From: Mobula hypostoma
Lineage: Eukaryota
NCBI RefSeq assembly: GCF_963921235.1
Contig: NC_086106.1
Span: 24,614,001-24,678,000 of the forward strand
Direction of reading: 5' to 3'
Length of the DNA stretch: 64,000 nt
The notes beneath the pieces were generated by a model. It was not told where the DNA came from, searched no databases, and saw only the letters and a list, made by a program, of their open reading frames with translations. Each line of letters begins with the position of its first letter. Position 1 is the first letter of the stretch. Made by a program: the position numbers and the translations under genes. Of the stretch, positions 1 through 12,727 are shown one piece after another.

Positions 1-1
1 C

Positions 2-62
2 GATCTATCGATTCACAACACCATAATCTCCGACTCGGCCACATACCTCTGCGAGAGGAGCC
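2..62 (+). CDS. 3' end of a TCR alpha/delta-like V exon (V0), truncated by the window start
   Basis: Translates DLSIHNTIISDSATYLCERS, matching the FR3 end (DSATYLC) of V1/V2, and is followed directly by an RSS. Functional status cannot be judged. Confidence 0.9.
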
Positions 63-101
63 CACGTTGCTTACAAATCTGAATTATCTCGAACAAAAAC
101 C
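63..101 (+). other. 23-RSS of V0 (variant heptamer)
   Basis: CACGTTG (63-69), 23-nt spacer, consensus nonamer ACAAAAACC (93-101). Confidence 0.9.
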
Positions 102-2339
102 CTCTTTCGCAGTTTCCTATAGAGCTGGATAAAGGGCTAATAAATCAAACGGGACGTAAATACTAAGTGAAGTACAGAGGCTTCGTCCAATATTTCTCTC
201 CCCAGTGAAGTATTGACATGACAACTACAGTGGATGTGATTACTCTTGAATGGCTGCAACTTTGATCGAAACCCATTAATCTTGAATGATTCCTCTGTGT
301 ACTTAATTTCTCTGGATATTCACAATTCGCATCTGAAGCTTCCACCATCATCATTACCGAATCATTAATCCTATTAAGGGTTATTTTAACAGAGAAAGTG
401 ACTAAGTTTTGGCACAAAAATAGCACATGTAGCAAGTAACATTCTTCAAAACGCTGAAGGAGGTTTCATGTGGCTTTTGAATTCAGTGATTTAATCACAC
501 TTTGGTGGATTGTTGTGCTCTATGTCGTTGACTTTAATTGATATACAAGAGGCTTACGTATTTTTAACGCCAGCGTCAGATTGTTTCCGACATAAGCAAA
601 TGCTGGCTGTAATTGGATTCGCCGATTTTTTTTTTCAAAGTTACTTCTAGCGGTTATTCGAGATCACAATCTATTGTGTTTACCAGAAGTTTTTTTATAT
701 CTTTCCAAGCAAATAAGATAAAGGTGGCAATATATTTGGATTGACCACAACAGCAGTATTTTTCCCTTTCAGGGTACTTCTGTAGACCCTCAACGCGAGC
801 TACACGCTGACGACGGATCTTTGCGGAAATGGGACAGCTCTCGGGGTGTCACGACAAGCCGTTATTCGATATGTAGCTCGCCTTCGCAGTTTTGGGATTT
901 CAATTCTCCAGAGGCGAGCAGCGACTAAGTTGGTGCCTCTGTGCCGTAGGAGATGAAAGAACTCTGGTTGTGTGCAAAGAAAATCAAGACCTTTGGGCAC
1001 AGAGCTCGGAGAATCTGCCGGAAAGAACGTTTAATATCGTAAATCAGCGAGTTGTTTGTTATGTCTCTCCTCTCGCTGGGCACAGCAGACAGCGCAGAGT
1101 GGGGATCGCTGCGCTGCTCCTTTTACGCGTGGGAGAACGGACCTGGGTGGGGATTTCGGGTTCTACCATTCAATGGATAATCATTCGTTGGGACACTCCT
1201 CTGTTTTCCTGTATTCTTGCGAAAAAAAAAATAATTTCCGGATGTATAATATATACATTTATCTGACATTAAATATACCTTTGAAACATTTGAAAAATAA
1301 TTCCTAGCAACATTAACGCCATGCGTCTTAATTGAGTTGAGCTTTTTAGTTGTATTCACAACGCTTATAGTAAGAGCCTGTAAGCAACTTAATATTCACG
1401 TTTTAGCCTGTAGTAAATCCGCCAAATGTACTGAATATTTTGAATGAAATCATAGCGCTTATTAACTCAAATCGCCTTAATGAATATGCACGATCATTGC
1501 TATTAATATCTCAGTTGAACGTAAAGTGTATTTTCACATTTTATGGCTAGTCATCTAATATATCCTAAAATCGCCGCTTCTGTATTCTATCCTTCAATTG
1601 ACAATTATACCCTATCATCACAAGACACTGCACTGGTCATTTCGATGAATTCGACTACACACCTTCGCCTCGCAGATTGCCCTGGTGTCTATACATTGAA
1701 TTTGCCTGTATATTGCGACATGAATAATAAGCACCTTCAATCCGAAATCAAGCACTTTTTGCTGGCAAACTCTATTTTTGTGCTTTGGGAAAACAAGCAG
1801 TAAGTAGTGTTGAGCTTATCACTCCAATCGAAGAAATAAAATTTAAGACGTAGCCTTTCCACATTGTTTTAACCAAATGCCGGACAATGTTTTTTTCATA
1901 TCCCATGTCTGCAGTGTTTGACTGACTGAACAAGCACCGTCATCCATCTGAAAGAGCCCTCTTCCTCCAGTGCAGTCATTACTAAAATGGGTTGTGTCAT
2001 TCCTGCTTTTATATAAGGACACCACACTGCGCATGTTTGACCGTATAGCCGTTGTGCTCATACCTCAAGTGTGCTGCACCTCATTTCAACATTATTATTA
2101 ATATCAAGGGTGTCCATATGCAATTAGTCCATGCAGCAGGACCCAGGTAGTGATAGTGAGCATGCATTTTTTGCATTTCTCTCTCAAATAGTTTTACTCC
2201 GACTGCAAAATTCGAGGCCAAAAGAAACACCATGAAGTAGCGCTTTCCAACGAAAAATAAATATTCTGTAAACTCGACAAGAACTCAACATAAAGCACCA
2301 TACACTATACATCACAAATCGTCCGAGTACATATCCGAT

Positions 2340-4110
2340 TCAGGACGGAGTGGGGTGCGGTATAATCGTTTCTACTGTTGGTTCTTCAGTCTCTACATAT
2401 CGCTGACGAGTCCTCTTGCTCTGTTTATGGTCCAGGCCAGGTACTGGGTCAACACGCACCTCTTGTCCCAGAAGCACAAGGTAGTTTCGATAGAGAATAT
2501 TGACTGGCCCGTCCCTATCCTCTGGTTTCAGCTGGAAAACTGGAACGTTTGGCACCTTACTCAGCACTACACAGGTCGTAGCCGTCAAGCGGTCAGACAA
2601 ATTATGCTTTCCAGCCAGCCCCAAATTCTTTATGCGGCGTCAGTCTCAAGGCAGGAGTTGGAAGAGCCTCACCTTTTGGTCACAGCTCCTCCCATTTCCT
2701 TGATTATGCTTGATGCTGCGATTTCAGCTAATCCCTAAGCATTTTACAGCTCCCTTCTCATATGAGGCGCATACTTCTGCTCCCTTCGGCTGTAAATGAA
2801 AATGAAATACTTATCCTGTAACACTTTGAGCACAGTGGACGCCCGAATATCCTTGCATATCGGGTGTAGTAATCCGTAACGATCAAGTCATTCGCAATGT
2901 TGCTGGCATATGAATCTATTGACAGAAGATCTAGACACACCAGGTTAAGTGGCTCCGCACTCTTCAAGTAAGACGACGGAACGGCCCTCGCAGGCAGCGT
3001 CTTCCTCCGTATACTTCGAATGCAGAACTCGCAGGACTCTTCGACCCTGGCTTCAATCCGCGTCAGTAGAACCGATATCAGAAACATCCATTGTTCTTGT
3101 CAACCCGCAAAAAGCCAGAACGATCACAATGCGATTTCAACAGAATCCTCCGATACTTCTCAGGCAGAACCGGCTGGGAACACTGATATCGGTGTGGAGG
3201 GGATGTGACCGGATAAAGAATCTGATTTCTCAACCCATTCTGGGTCATTCTCTCAGTAATCGAGTCACTACAAAGGATTTCGTCCTGCCGCCTGGGCCAT
3301 GTTCTTTTCCGCAACTGCTGACCAAACGTTACCGATGCCCATGTCCTCTGGGTGAGCAGATGCTACTTCGCCAGGATTCAAATCCGGAAACTGGAAATTC
3401 AGAGCACTCAGCGTGCATTAGGTTGTGCAATGGCACCATCAGAAGTCCCCAATTGATCTACCGCTCGATTGGCCCCTGCCTTTTCACCGCCTTGACCGTG
3501 GTGGGAAACGAAACCATAGCTTCACTCCAGGGGAAGGAGCACTCTGCCACTCTCCGTCTTTATCTAGTCCTTCATACGGACGTCGGGACAACGCATCGGC
3601 ACCAATGTTCCTTCTTCCCGGCCGCTATTTCAGTCTGAAATCAAGAGCATCCAATTTCGCGTCAGTGAAATATCCGTTAAGTGTTTGTTGTCCGTCCTCA
3701 CTTCACACTTGGCATCATGGGCGTAGTCACTTAAGTTATGCACCGCAGCCCAATTCAAAGCCAAGATATCCAACTTGTGTGTTTGATGGGTTCTTTTTAT
3801 TTTCTCACAGGGAGACATACTCTGATTGACAAATACGACCAGTTTCAACCCTGTGGTCTAATCCTGATATACAACACACCGGAAGCCCTCAATGCTGCAT
3901 CTTATGCAGTACGTACGTCAATCGAGAGCCCTCAGAAGTCAGCACAGGCGTATTGGTCAGCAGCTCCTTCAACGACTGAAATGCCTCTTCACATTTCGCA
4001 AACCATCACCCTCTAAAATATTCCGAAGGACGAAGATAATATTTACCATCCACTCATTGTCTCGTTCTTCGTTTTGTCCCCGAGGGAGGGTAACGCACAG
4101 AAGCTGATTA
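2340..4110 (-). mobile_element. Degenerate Gypsy LTR-retrotransposon pol fragment (RNase H, integrase, C-terminal region)
   Basis: Broken minus-strand frames give THKLDILALNWAAVHNLSDY...EVRTDN (RNase H), VLPEKYRRILLKSHCDRSGFL (integrase Zn-finger region), PLNLVCLDLLSI...LIVTDYYTRYA (integrase core) and GKHNLSDRLTAT...PVFQLKPED. Many stops and frameshifts. Confidence 0.85.
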
Positions 4111-4667
4111 GCAGAGTAACTCACTTTAAAGTAGTACTTCATGAACCTCCGGTACTACTCGCGTAAACCCAATAAAAAAAAAACGCAGGGACGTCACAGT
4201 TGGGGACTTGGCTAGCCGTTCACTGTATCTGTTTTAGATGGATCAATAGCTACTCCATCCTAGAGACTATGGTGTGACAGGCGTGACAGACTTATCATCC
4301 TGACTTTGAAAACTACCATTTCAAATGAACAGTCCATGAGAATGAAATTCTTTTGCTCAACTTTCAGTAGCTATGTGGAAAAAGATAAGTGTTATTCATG
4401 CTGCCCAGTGTAACAGGACGTTCGTTGCTCTGATGTATTACCGGTGGATAGGAAGCGGGGCAGCCAAATATGCACAATATCAACGGAGCGTTCCGAAACA
4501 CTATATCCCTGACTATATCCTGGGATTAAAGATCAGAGGAGCCGAAAGCTGGAATGGCTGGATATGCTAATAGTATATTTAAATGGATCATATTGTAACT
4601 TTCTGAGAAATTACTCCTTGTTTATCATGTAATTTTGTCAGGTGTACTGACTGTATTTCAAGGTTGT

Positions 4668-5012
4668 GAAGCCGAGAGGTGGTAGTGGGGACAAGCTCCC
4701 ACTACTTAAAAGCGCTCCTCAAGATACCCGCCTCAAATAGCCTCTGACAACCAAGTTCAACTCCTGGGCCTCTCGTGTTCCTAAGCCATTAAGCCTGGCC
4801 GAACTGTTTCTACTGACAGAAGAAGGCGCTAAGGTGGGTCTTGGCGCCTTAAAACTAGTGCTTCGGGTAAATGGAGCTTGTAAGCTTGGGGAGCCGGTCC
4901 ATCTAAGGGAGGGAAAACTCTGATTTCAAAGCTCCGCTGCATTGCAGGTATATCCAATCATGGAAAAGGTTTCGCGTGTAAACCCTGAGGACAAATCCGG
5001 AGCTGAAGGAAT
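4668..5012. repeat. Unclassified interspersed repeat
   Basis: GC-richer block absent from the paralogous duplicated segment (about 30640-30900). Family not determined. Confidence 0.4.
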
Positions 5013-5901
5013 TACTCACTCCGATGAATGTTTGTCAGTGCACAGAGAATGTGGCTGAAATGCCGACTATTTTGTAAAGAGACCTGGGAACAGAAAACAT
5101 CTTGAACCAACAGAAACAATATTCTGCTTAACTGATAAAAAATACAGATGTCCTTTCCTGTTCTCCTCAATCTACATAAATTCATCTTGATCTTATTTGG
5201 CTTGGATTTACACAACATCGGCCACATCATAACTGACTGTGCCTAAATACCTAAGTTCGTTAAAGTTCCACACGAGCGTGCAAGGGTTGGTACAGAAACT
5301 GTGTGTTTCAAGTAAACGTTTACCTGAGTTTATAAAAAAAAACCTTGAGCTATTTTCATTGAACATATTGTTCGTTAATTCCCCGTTTCGAAAATTCGTA
5401 ATAATCGTCAACCGCAACAGAAGAAACTGGGCCGCATAGTCACCAACAACTGGAATGTATTTTATTACTTATGTTGGGAATATTTTACGTGCAACTGTCC
5501 ACTACAATATCTACCATCATTGATATATTAAGCATAAACAGGGTGCGAACTTGTGTAACTCCAATACGGCCGTGATTAACGCCGTATTGATTTGCTGTAT
5601 AACTGTTTGCTCTAAAGCTGAAATGTTAGGTTTGTCGTTTATACCATAAATTGCAAAAAAAAAGGTTCGAACTTCTAGCAGCCCACCACGGAAGCTGTTG
5701 CAATACAGATTTACATGGTATCATAGCGAAATTTCCGGCCCCGGCATCAAATGACAATGAACTGGTCGAACTCGTGAACGACCGTCCGCTAAGAGAGAAA
5801 TGCTTTCGAAATTCAACGACAAGCAAATTTGCAGCCCACTGTCGCGTGGAGGAATCTTACAGTGGGAGAAATATCCAGAAACCAGCTGAACTACTGTAGT
5901 G

Positions 5902-6008
5902 AATTTAAACGCAAACAACAGGAATTCTGCAGATGCTGGAAATTCAAGCAACATACATCGATGCTGCTTGGCCTGCTGCGTTCACCAGCAACTTTGATGT
6001 ATGTTGGT
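5902..6008. mobile_element. Miniature Penelope-like 3'-end insertion with internal inversion
   Basis: Made of two opposite-orientation pieces of the Penelope-like 3' end (cf. 63880-63960). Flanked by a 15-bp direct repeat TGAACTACTGTAGTG (5887-5901, 6009-6023). Absent from the paralog near 32870. Confidence 0.85.
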
Positions 6009-7220
6009 TGAACTACTGTAGTGTCGATTGCCAGGAAATCAGCACTAACTTCCAAAATATACGGTGATGAAGAGAGGCCGCAAACATTTTGGGAAAGATT
6101 TCGGTTGCCTCGCGTTGCATAAAAGGAGAGAAAGGTCAAACAGCTACACAGTAGCGTACTGATTAGCTCAACGTTCTACTATACCTATGAGACATATTCA
6201 ATTCCCACCACTGCTTGTCAGGAGGTTTAACTTTCACCCCGGAACGCGTGGGATTTAAGTCAAATGCTCCGGTGCCTAAAGTCTGGCTGGATTTGGTAAT
6301 CTGATTGGTTATTGTAAACTGTAACATAATTAGGCTCGGATTTAATTAGTGTATTGACGGGCTGCCAGCAACGACGTGCAGAAAGGAAACATTCCTCACT
6401 GTATCTCAAATACAGAAGAAATCAAACAGATAAGCACCTAAGTAGGTAAATTGAACAGGTTTGCCCTGTAAATCATACGTTCGATGCGAAGTCCGGATAA
6501 CTTTGGATTTTAAACAAATACAACGATTATAGTTGGGTGATAAATTATATTAAATGCTCATGTTCTCTGTATTTTTGCAGAACCGATGAAATTCTTTAAA
6601 ACGCATGTCCGGAGATTCTTCAAAACTGCATCTATTGCTGAATCCCTTTCGTGTGAAAAGGAAAAATAAAAATTCACTAGAACAACATATCCGATTTCAC
6701 GCCCATTATTTGACCACATTTGAATTGATTTCGGCACAGTGTTCACAGTGAAGCTGCACGAGTGTAATTATGTTCAGAAGCAGGCATAGATTGCTCCTCA
6801 GTTGCACAATTTTTTTATGTTTACACTCGCAAGACTCAATGTCTAGCGTTAAAAATCTCTTAACAACATGAAACAACTGAGTTTGCGATAGGCTTTCGAT
6901 TTCAAACGTCCTTTTTCAACTGAAATTCTGTATATTTCTGTACGTCTTGAATGCTGAGCATTGATTTCTTAATGTCAGCTGAGGGATGCAATGAGGACAT
7001 TGCTTATTGAAACGTCATTTTTTTAACATTTCAGTAATGGCCCACAAAATACCAGATACACAATATTATTTGGAGGGAGAGTGATGCTGCAGAGGGAACA
7101 AGTGATTAAACAGTAAATTTCGCCTGTCTGGAAGTCAGATTAGCTGTCGATTTAAGAATCGCCTTTCAAAGTTGTTGAATAGTCTCATCCTCATTGGATC
7201 ACGCTGAGTCATTTTTGCAT

Positions 7221-8131
7221 TGTTATTGTTGCGTGGTCGGCAACAATGAATATATCAAATGAGTCAGGGCTTTATAAAAACATTCAAACATTTATTAAAC
7301 TCTGCTCAACAATAGCGAAAAGTAGGCAAACGACGAGCTTAACTGAAAGTTAACTGCCAGCAACTCTGGAAGAGTTCTTAAAAGGGTAAATGCAAAAACA
7401 GTAAATTCGAACACAGTTTTAAAATGGCAAATTCGAAAGTCAAGTGATTTATACAGTCGATAAGGAGAAACTTCTCTGAAAACGGATTTCTTCGATGACG
7501 TGGCGTTACTGCTGATTCTACAAAGGATTCACGACGAAGGGAATAAAACGGCTAAAAAGAATTGACATTTTCTAGCGAGTGAATCCTGCACAAACTTCAC
7601 TGCTCTTGCAGGAGTTATCTCAGATACAGGTCACCATATTCTGAATGAATTCTCTATAATGTCGATCGTTCTTTAAACTGCCGAACTTTATTCCGATCCT
7701 TCAGGATACCGTCCTTTAGTGAGGTCTTCGTTCTCCAATGCTAATGCAAAGGTAAATCAAAGATACACCAAAAAAGGTGGCAGCGATTGGCGAACTGCCG
7801 GCACAATAATTCTGTACTTTACAATCGAAAGTAAAACTCCGTTTTAAAATGAAACTGCGTCATGAGACAAATACGCAGCATAACGGAGAAGTGACGATCT
7901 AAACTCACAACTCAACTGAAAAACTAACTGTGTCACACCAGGGGTCTCCCATTTATACCTGTTGTGAACATGTCATCACGTGACGTCACACTGGCAGGAA
8001 AATTACATCACCCCACCATCGCAAGACCATTGCATCATGGTCATAAGATACTCAATTACATCATTGTCATAAGAAATTCAGTTACATCAAGGTCATAAGA
8101 CAGTCACAAGATAACAATCAGATATGTAACA
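7221..8131. mobile_element. Probable solo LTR
   Basis: TGTT...AACA ends, internal GTCATAAGA repeats (8040-8100), absent from the paralog near 34350. The TSD is imperfect and the left boundary is uncertain (7221 or 7227). Confidence 0.5.
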
Positions 8132-10420
8132 TCATGATGAGATGAAGTATCTGCTAAATTGTTATACGAGAAATTACTTTTTATTTGTGTGCTTGCTTGG
8201 GTATTTATTGTTATCTCTTTATCGACAGAACTATATATCTAGCTGTTTGTCTGTGCTATAATTTCTTTATTTATTTTTTAAAACTTTATATTTATTTATT
8301 TACTCACCTTTTTAGTTGTTTAATCGTTTAGCTATTTGTGTTACTTGTCCAGTGTTGTTTATTTATTATCTGATAATTATTTATTTATGAAATGTTTATT
8401 TAAAACCGGTGTAGACTTTGAGTACAAAACCATAAAATGTCGGCTACAATTTATATTTCATACACACTCCCTTTTGGACTTCTGGAGAAAGAAATAAGGT
8501 CGACATCGTTTGTAAAAGCAACTTGATTACGTTAACATTTTAATGAGAATTAACTTGAAGGTATTTCCCAGCTGATCGATAGATTTTGCTAAATCAACAG
8601 GGAAAAAAATATATGTTTGTAGTATTTAGCTGCAATTTAAATAATTGATTCTAAACCGAGGAAAATTATTCATTTCCCGATTGAGTTGATTCACGATGAT
8701 TTCATTTGGGACCCTGCCATGAACTGATACAAATATATTTTTCCCCCGCGTGCTCGTTATTATAGCTAATAATAGATAAAGAAAGGCACACCTCATCTAA
8801 ATGTATCAACACATTAAACTTCTTTTCCTCTTTTTCTGAGTTATTGCGATAGAATGCTTCGTCAACACAGAAAATGAAACAGTCACGAGGCCCACGGGTA
8901 TTTACGCTATATATCTTTTTTTTTAATTTTCCACATTTGCCCGAATTTATTTCCTATCTCAGACAAAATATGAAACCCGTGATTAAAATTGCTCCAATAT
9001 CGCGTTAAACGACATTATTGAAGCGAAAACAACAAATCTCACGATGCAAACATTCTGACGAGGCCTGATCATATAAGGTTAAGTTCAGTATATTAGTTAA
9101 TGTTCTGTTAATGCTACATGGCTCTTTAACAACTGTTTTAATACCTGGATCTCCGTTGCACTCTGGTCACTCATTCTGCAGTTTAGACTGGTTCGTAATA
9201 GTTTGGAACAGATAATTAGTTGTATGATAAATATCATGAACTCATCTTCGCTCTGCACAGATGCTGTGTAATCTTGTGGATGCTTATTTCACGTTCACAT
9301 TAATTTGTGTAATTGAGCACATGGTATGTCGCCTTTGCGATAGGTATACTTGAAAGTGTACAGCACCACTGATTTTGAACTTGTTGTATTGATCGTAACC
9401 ATGCAAGTCCTTCTATGCAATCTTATTTAATGTCGCACAAACTCACTCCGTATTACAGCAACGTCTCTGATACTGGGCCCTGCGTCTGCTTTCACTGTGG
9501 TCGTCTGACAAACTCCACAATGTTTATGAGCACCTTATAGCATTCACAACGTTCATATAGGCAGCTGCAGAAATAGTAAAAGACATTGGACATAAAACCG
9601 CGTCATACTAGAGCACGTGCTGAGGTATTAGATTGAGTTATTGGTCAAACTATTTTGATACCCATGATAGAAAGTGCGATATACAGCATTATCTTTCCTC
9701 GCAATAGGTTAGATGAAGCTAAATTAATCTGCAACATCATGTATGCAATTAATATTAATGTATTATAAACTAGCGGTAAATACTCAGATATGTTATATTA
9801 TTCTAATCTTATATTACCTCATTACCTTATATTACATATTACCTTATATATTAAACAAAACGTTGAGCAACAAGAACAGCTTGACCCCATTCCCTTCGAG
9901 GTCAGTGTTTCTTTCCACATCATATTCACAGTATTAGATCAGCGTTCAATTACAATGATTCCAAATTCAGGTGAAAACGCTTTTGAATCAGAATATGATG
10001 ACATGTGAGACACGGCAACACAAGGGATCTGGTCTGAACGTTATAAACCATGCTTTCGAGAAGGTTAGTTTCTGAACACATCACCTGTTTAGAAGCTTCG
10101 TCACAGACATACAATCCAGGATTAGGTTCAATACGATTGTTTTTCTTTTTTTTTCCATTATGGCTCTGTTAATGGTGATATTGTTTACTTCCGATACCAC
10201 AAGGTTTTAAGATAATTAAAAATCTCTTTACTCTTGCCGATGATGAACGACACAACCAACAGTCCAAGGCCGACACATCCCATTCCACTGTCCAAAAATG
10301 GGAGACTTGCTTTTTGATTTAAGCGACTTGAAAGTCATTAATCAAACCATGCGGAAAACGTTCACGCGGATGGTACTACATCATAATCTGATGAAAAATC
10401 GCAAAAAACAACGTTGATCT

Positions 10421-10656
10421 TTTTTTTTATAAAACACACACAACAGGAATTCTGCAGATGCTGGAAGTTCAAGCAAAACACATCAACGTTGCTCGTGAAC
10501 GTAGCAGGCCAGGCAGCATCTCTAGGAAGAGGCACAGTTGACGTTTCAGGCCGAGACCCTTCGTCAGGACTGGGGTTCATTAAGTACTTTTCAAATCTCT
10601 TACTAACTCTTCCTTCAGTTAGTACTGACGAAGGGTCTCGGACTGAAAGGTCGACT
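10421..10656. mobile_element. Inverted pair of Penelope-like 3'-end fragments, each with a hammerhead-like motif
   Basis: 10535-10572 is the reverse complement of 10620-10657 (CTGACGAAGGGTCTCGG..GAAA). An 8-bp flanking repeat GTTGATCT lies at 10413-10420 and 10657-10664. Confidence 0.8.
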
Positions 10657-11050
10657 GTTGATCTGGTTTTGTTTGTTTCGTTCCCAGTCTCTGACTCAGA
10701 AAATAGGTGCGTGACAAATTCATTTAAATTAGGCGGAATATTTGCTGACTAATCTCAACATTCTGGAAAGGAGGCATAGTTTCACATCCTGACATTACTA
10801 TCTACGTGTATCCATTGATCCATTATATCGATGAGAAGGATCATCGGGAGTTTTCAGCCCAGGTTTACGAAGGAAAGCTCTGCATTCAAAGCGAGACTTT
10901 CGATTGTCTGCAGTTAATAAAGAAAGTTAATTAGTTTTCATTTCACATTACAATTATAAAAGACGGAAACTTTGGGAACACTCAGCTGTCGAGGAACTTT
11001 TGCCAATATCGAAGAATGAACAGTCCAAGTGCGCGAACTACTTAATCTTT

Positions 11051-11065
11051 GCTGCCATCTGGTGG
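11051..11065 (-). promoter_or_regulatory. CTCF-type motif upstream of V1
   Basis: Minus strand reads CCACCAGATGGCAGC, matching the CTCF core consensus CCASYAGRKGGCRS. About 580 nt upstream of the ATG. Confidence 0.7.
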
Positions 11066-11481
11066 AATATATCTTCTTTGCTCCTGGCGATGTTCCTTCA
11101 AATTAATCGGTAAGTTATTCGAAGAAAAGCTACTTCCATAGGCTGCACGTGAACACGTCAAAATACCGTGCTCTGCGCAGCGTGCTCATTTCTTTATTTC
11201 AGATCAATTTTGCCGTCTCAATTCTGCCAGAAGTCCACTTCAGAGTGGAGTAAATACTGTTATTTCATTTGTTGCTGCACCTACAGTTCGTTACAATCCC
11301 ACTTATTCTGCTTTCACCCTCTGCCTCCATGAGCAAGCGGAATTTATTGACAGTCTTCTCCACGAGAAAAGCCGGATGCCACGCATTTCTCCATCTTTGC
11401 GGGGCGCTGCAGTGTTTCTGTCAGCTCACGAAGTGTTTGACTCTTTTGTTGTGAACTTCTGCGATCGCCTTGACAGAATTT

Positions 11482-11563
11482 CACTTCCTGCACTGCGTCT
11501 GAACGTCTTTTTCTATTGTGTCTTTAGAGATTCAACACCGTGCGCTGCCTGATGTGATTGGTC
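11482..11563 (+). promoter_or_regulatory. V1 proximal promoter: ETS core and reverse CCAAT box
   Basis: CACTTCCTG at 11482-11490 and TGATTGGTC at 11555-11563. The TTCCTG core and TGATTGGTC recur at the same positions before V2, V3 and V5. Confidence 0.55.
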
Positions 11564-11642
11564 GGTTTGACAGGAGTATGTGTATTCCTCCTCTGGCAAT
11601 GAGTTTCCCCTCTGTGATCGCTGGAGTACAGAGGCAAACAGA

Positions 11643-12123
11643 ATGTTTATCAAGATCTGTCTCACGTCGGTCCTCATTGTTGTGTTTCTTCTGGGTAAGA
11701 TGTTCCTTCAGTGTAATATTCCAGACCTCCTTAGTTCTCTGTAAACAGTTTTTATTTTCTATTTACGTAACCATGTTGTTCGAAGTAGAGCTTATAATCT
11801 ATTATTTATTTTACTGTTAGACTGGAGCCTTCAAGACTCAGTGGAACAGTCACTGGATTCAATGACGGTCGAAGAAGAAAGTAATGTTACCCTAAACTGT
11901 ACTTTACAAACCAATGTTGCATTGCCGAATGTTTTCTGGTACAGGCAGCGCCCCAGACAGCGACCACAGTATTTGATTCGGATCTTCGCAGGGACAGTAA
12001 ACAAAAATAAAGATGTAACCAATCGATTAAATGCTTCCTATGATAACAGTAAAAAATATTCCGAACTCTCGATTAAGAAGGCCGCAGTCTCTGACTCAGC
12101 CACGTACCTCTGCGCGATGAGCA
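11643..12123 (+). CDS. TCR alpha/delta-like V gene segment V1, intact (leader exon 11643-11694, V exon 11821-12123)
   Basis: Leader MFIKICLTSVLIVVFLL, phase-1 GT..AG intron (11695-11820), and a 303-nt V exon DWSLQDSVEQ...TLNC...FWYRQRP...DSATYLCAMS with both Ig cysteines and the conserved Trp. No stops. Consensus RSS. Confidence 0.93.
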
Positions 12124-12162
12124 CACAGTGTTGACAAAACTTAATTATCTCGAACAAAAACC
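12124..12162 (+). other. 23-RSS of V1
   Basis: CACAGTG, 23 nt, ACAAAAACC (12154-12162). Perfect consensus. Confidence 0.97.
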
Positions 12163-12727
12163 CATTTCCACAGTTTCTTCGAGAGCTCGATAGAGGGCGA
12201 ACATATCAAGGTAAACGTAAATGCTACATGAAGTCTAAAGGATTAGTCCCATGATTTCATATGATGTCACAGCAAACATCTATCAACAGTGTCGTACCCA
12301 ATTGGCATTTGCAATGGATGTTATTTTTTTTTCTTGCCATGGCTGTAACTTTGATTGAAGCCACCTCATCTTCAGTGATTCCTATGTGTTACTTAATTTC
12401 TCTGAATTTTAACCATTTCCCATCGGAAGCTAACACAATCATCAGTACAGATGCACGATTCCTTTCTAGGGGTCCTTTGACATAAAAAGGAACCAAACGT
12501 TGCCAGCAGAATCGCACATGTCCAAATCGATATCATGCTTCAAATTGTGAATAAGCCATCTTCTAGTGAAATCACTCAGATGCAATCATGTGGCTTTTGA
12601 TTTCAGTCAAAGATTCAATGGAACTTTGCGAGATTGTTGTACTGAATGTGGTGTTTTTTTTCATTACCACGCGAGACGCTTACTTGTTTAAACGCCAGCG
12701 TCAGATTTTTTCCGACATAAATAAAGA

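Noticed and set aside
2949-3638. 229-aa plus-strand ORF, and similarly 28821-29402, 13153-13761 and 45558-45962
   Set aside because: These are antisense shadows of Gypsy or CR1 coding sequence.
7977-7990. CACGTGACGTCAC E-box/CRE as a locus enhancer
   Set aside because: It lies inside the probable solo LTR and is absent from the paralog, so there is no support for a host function.
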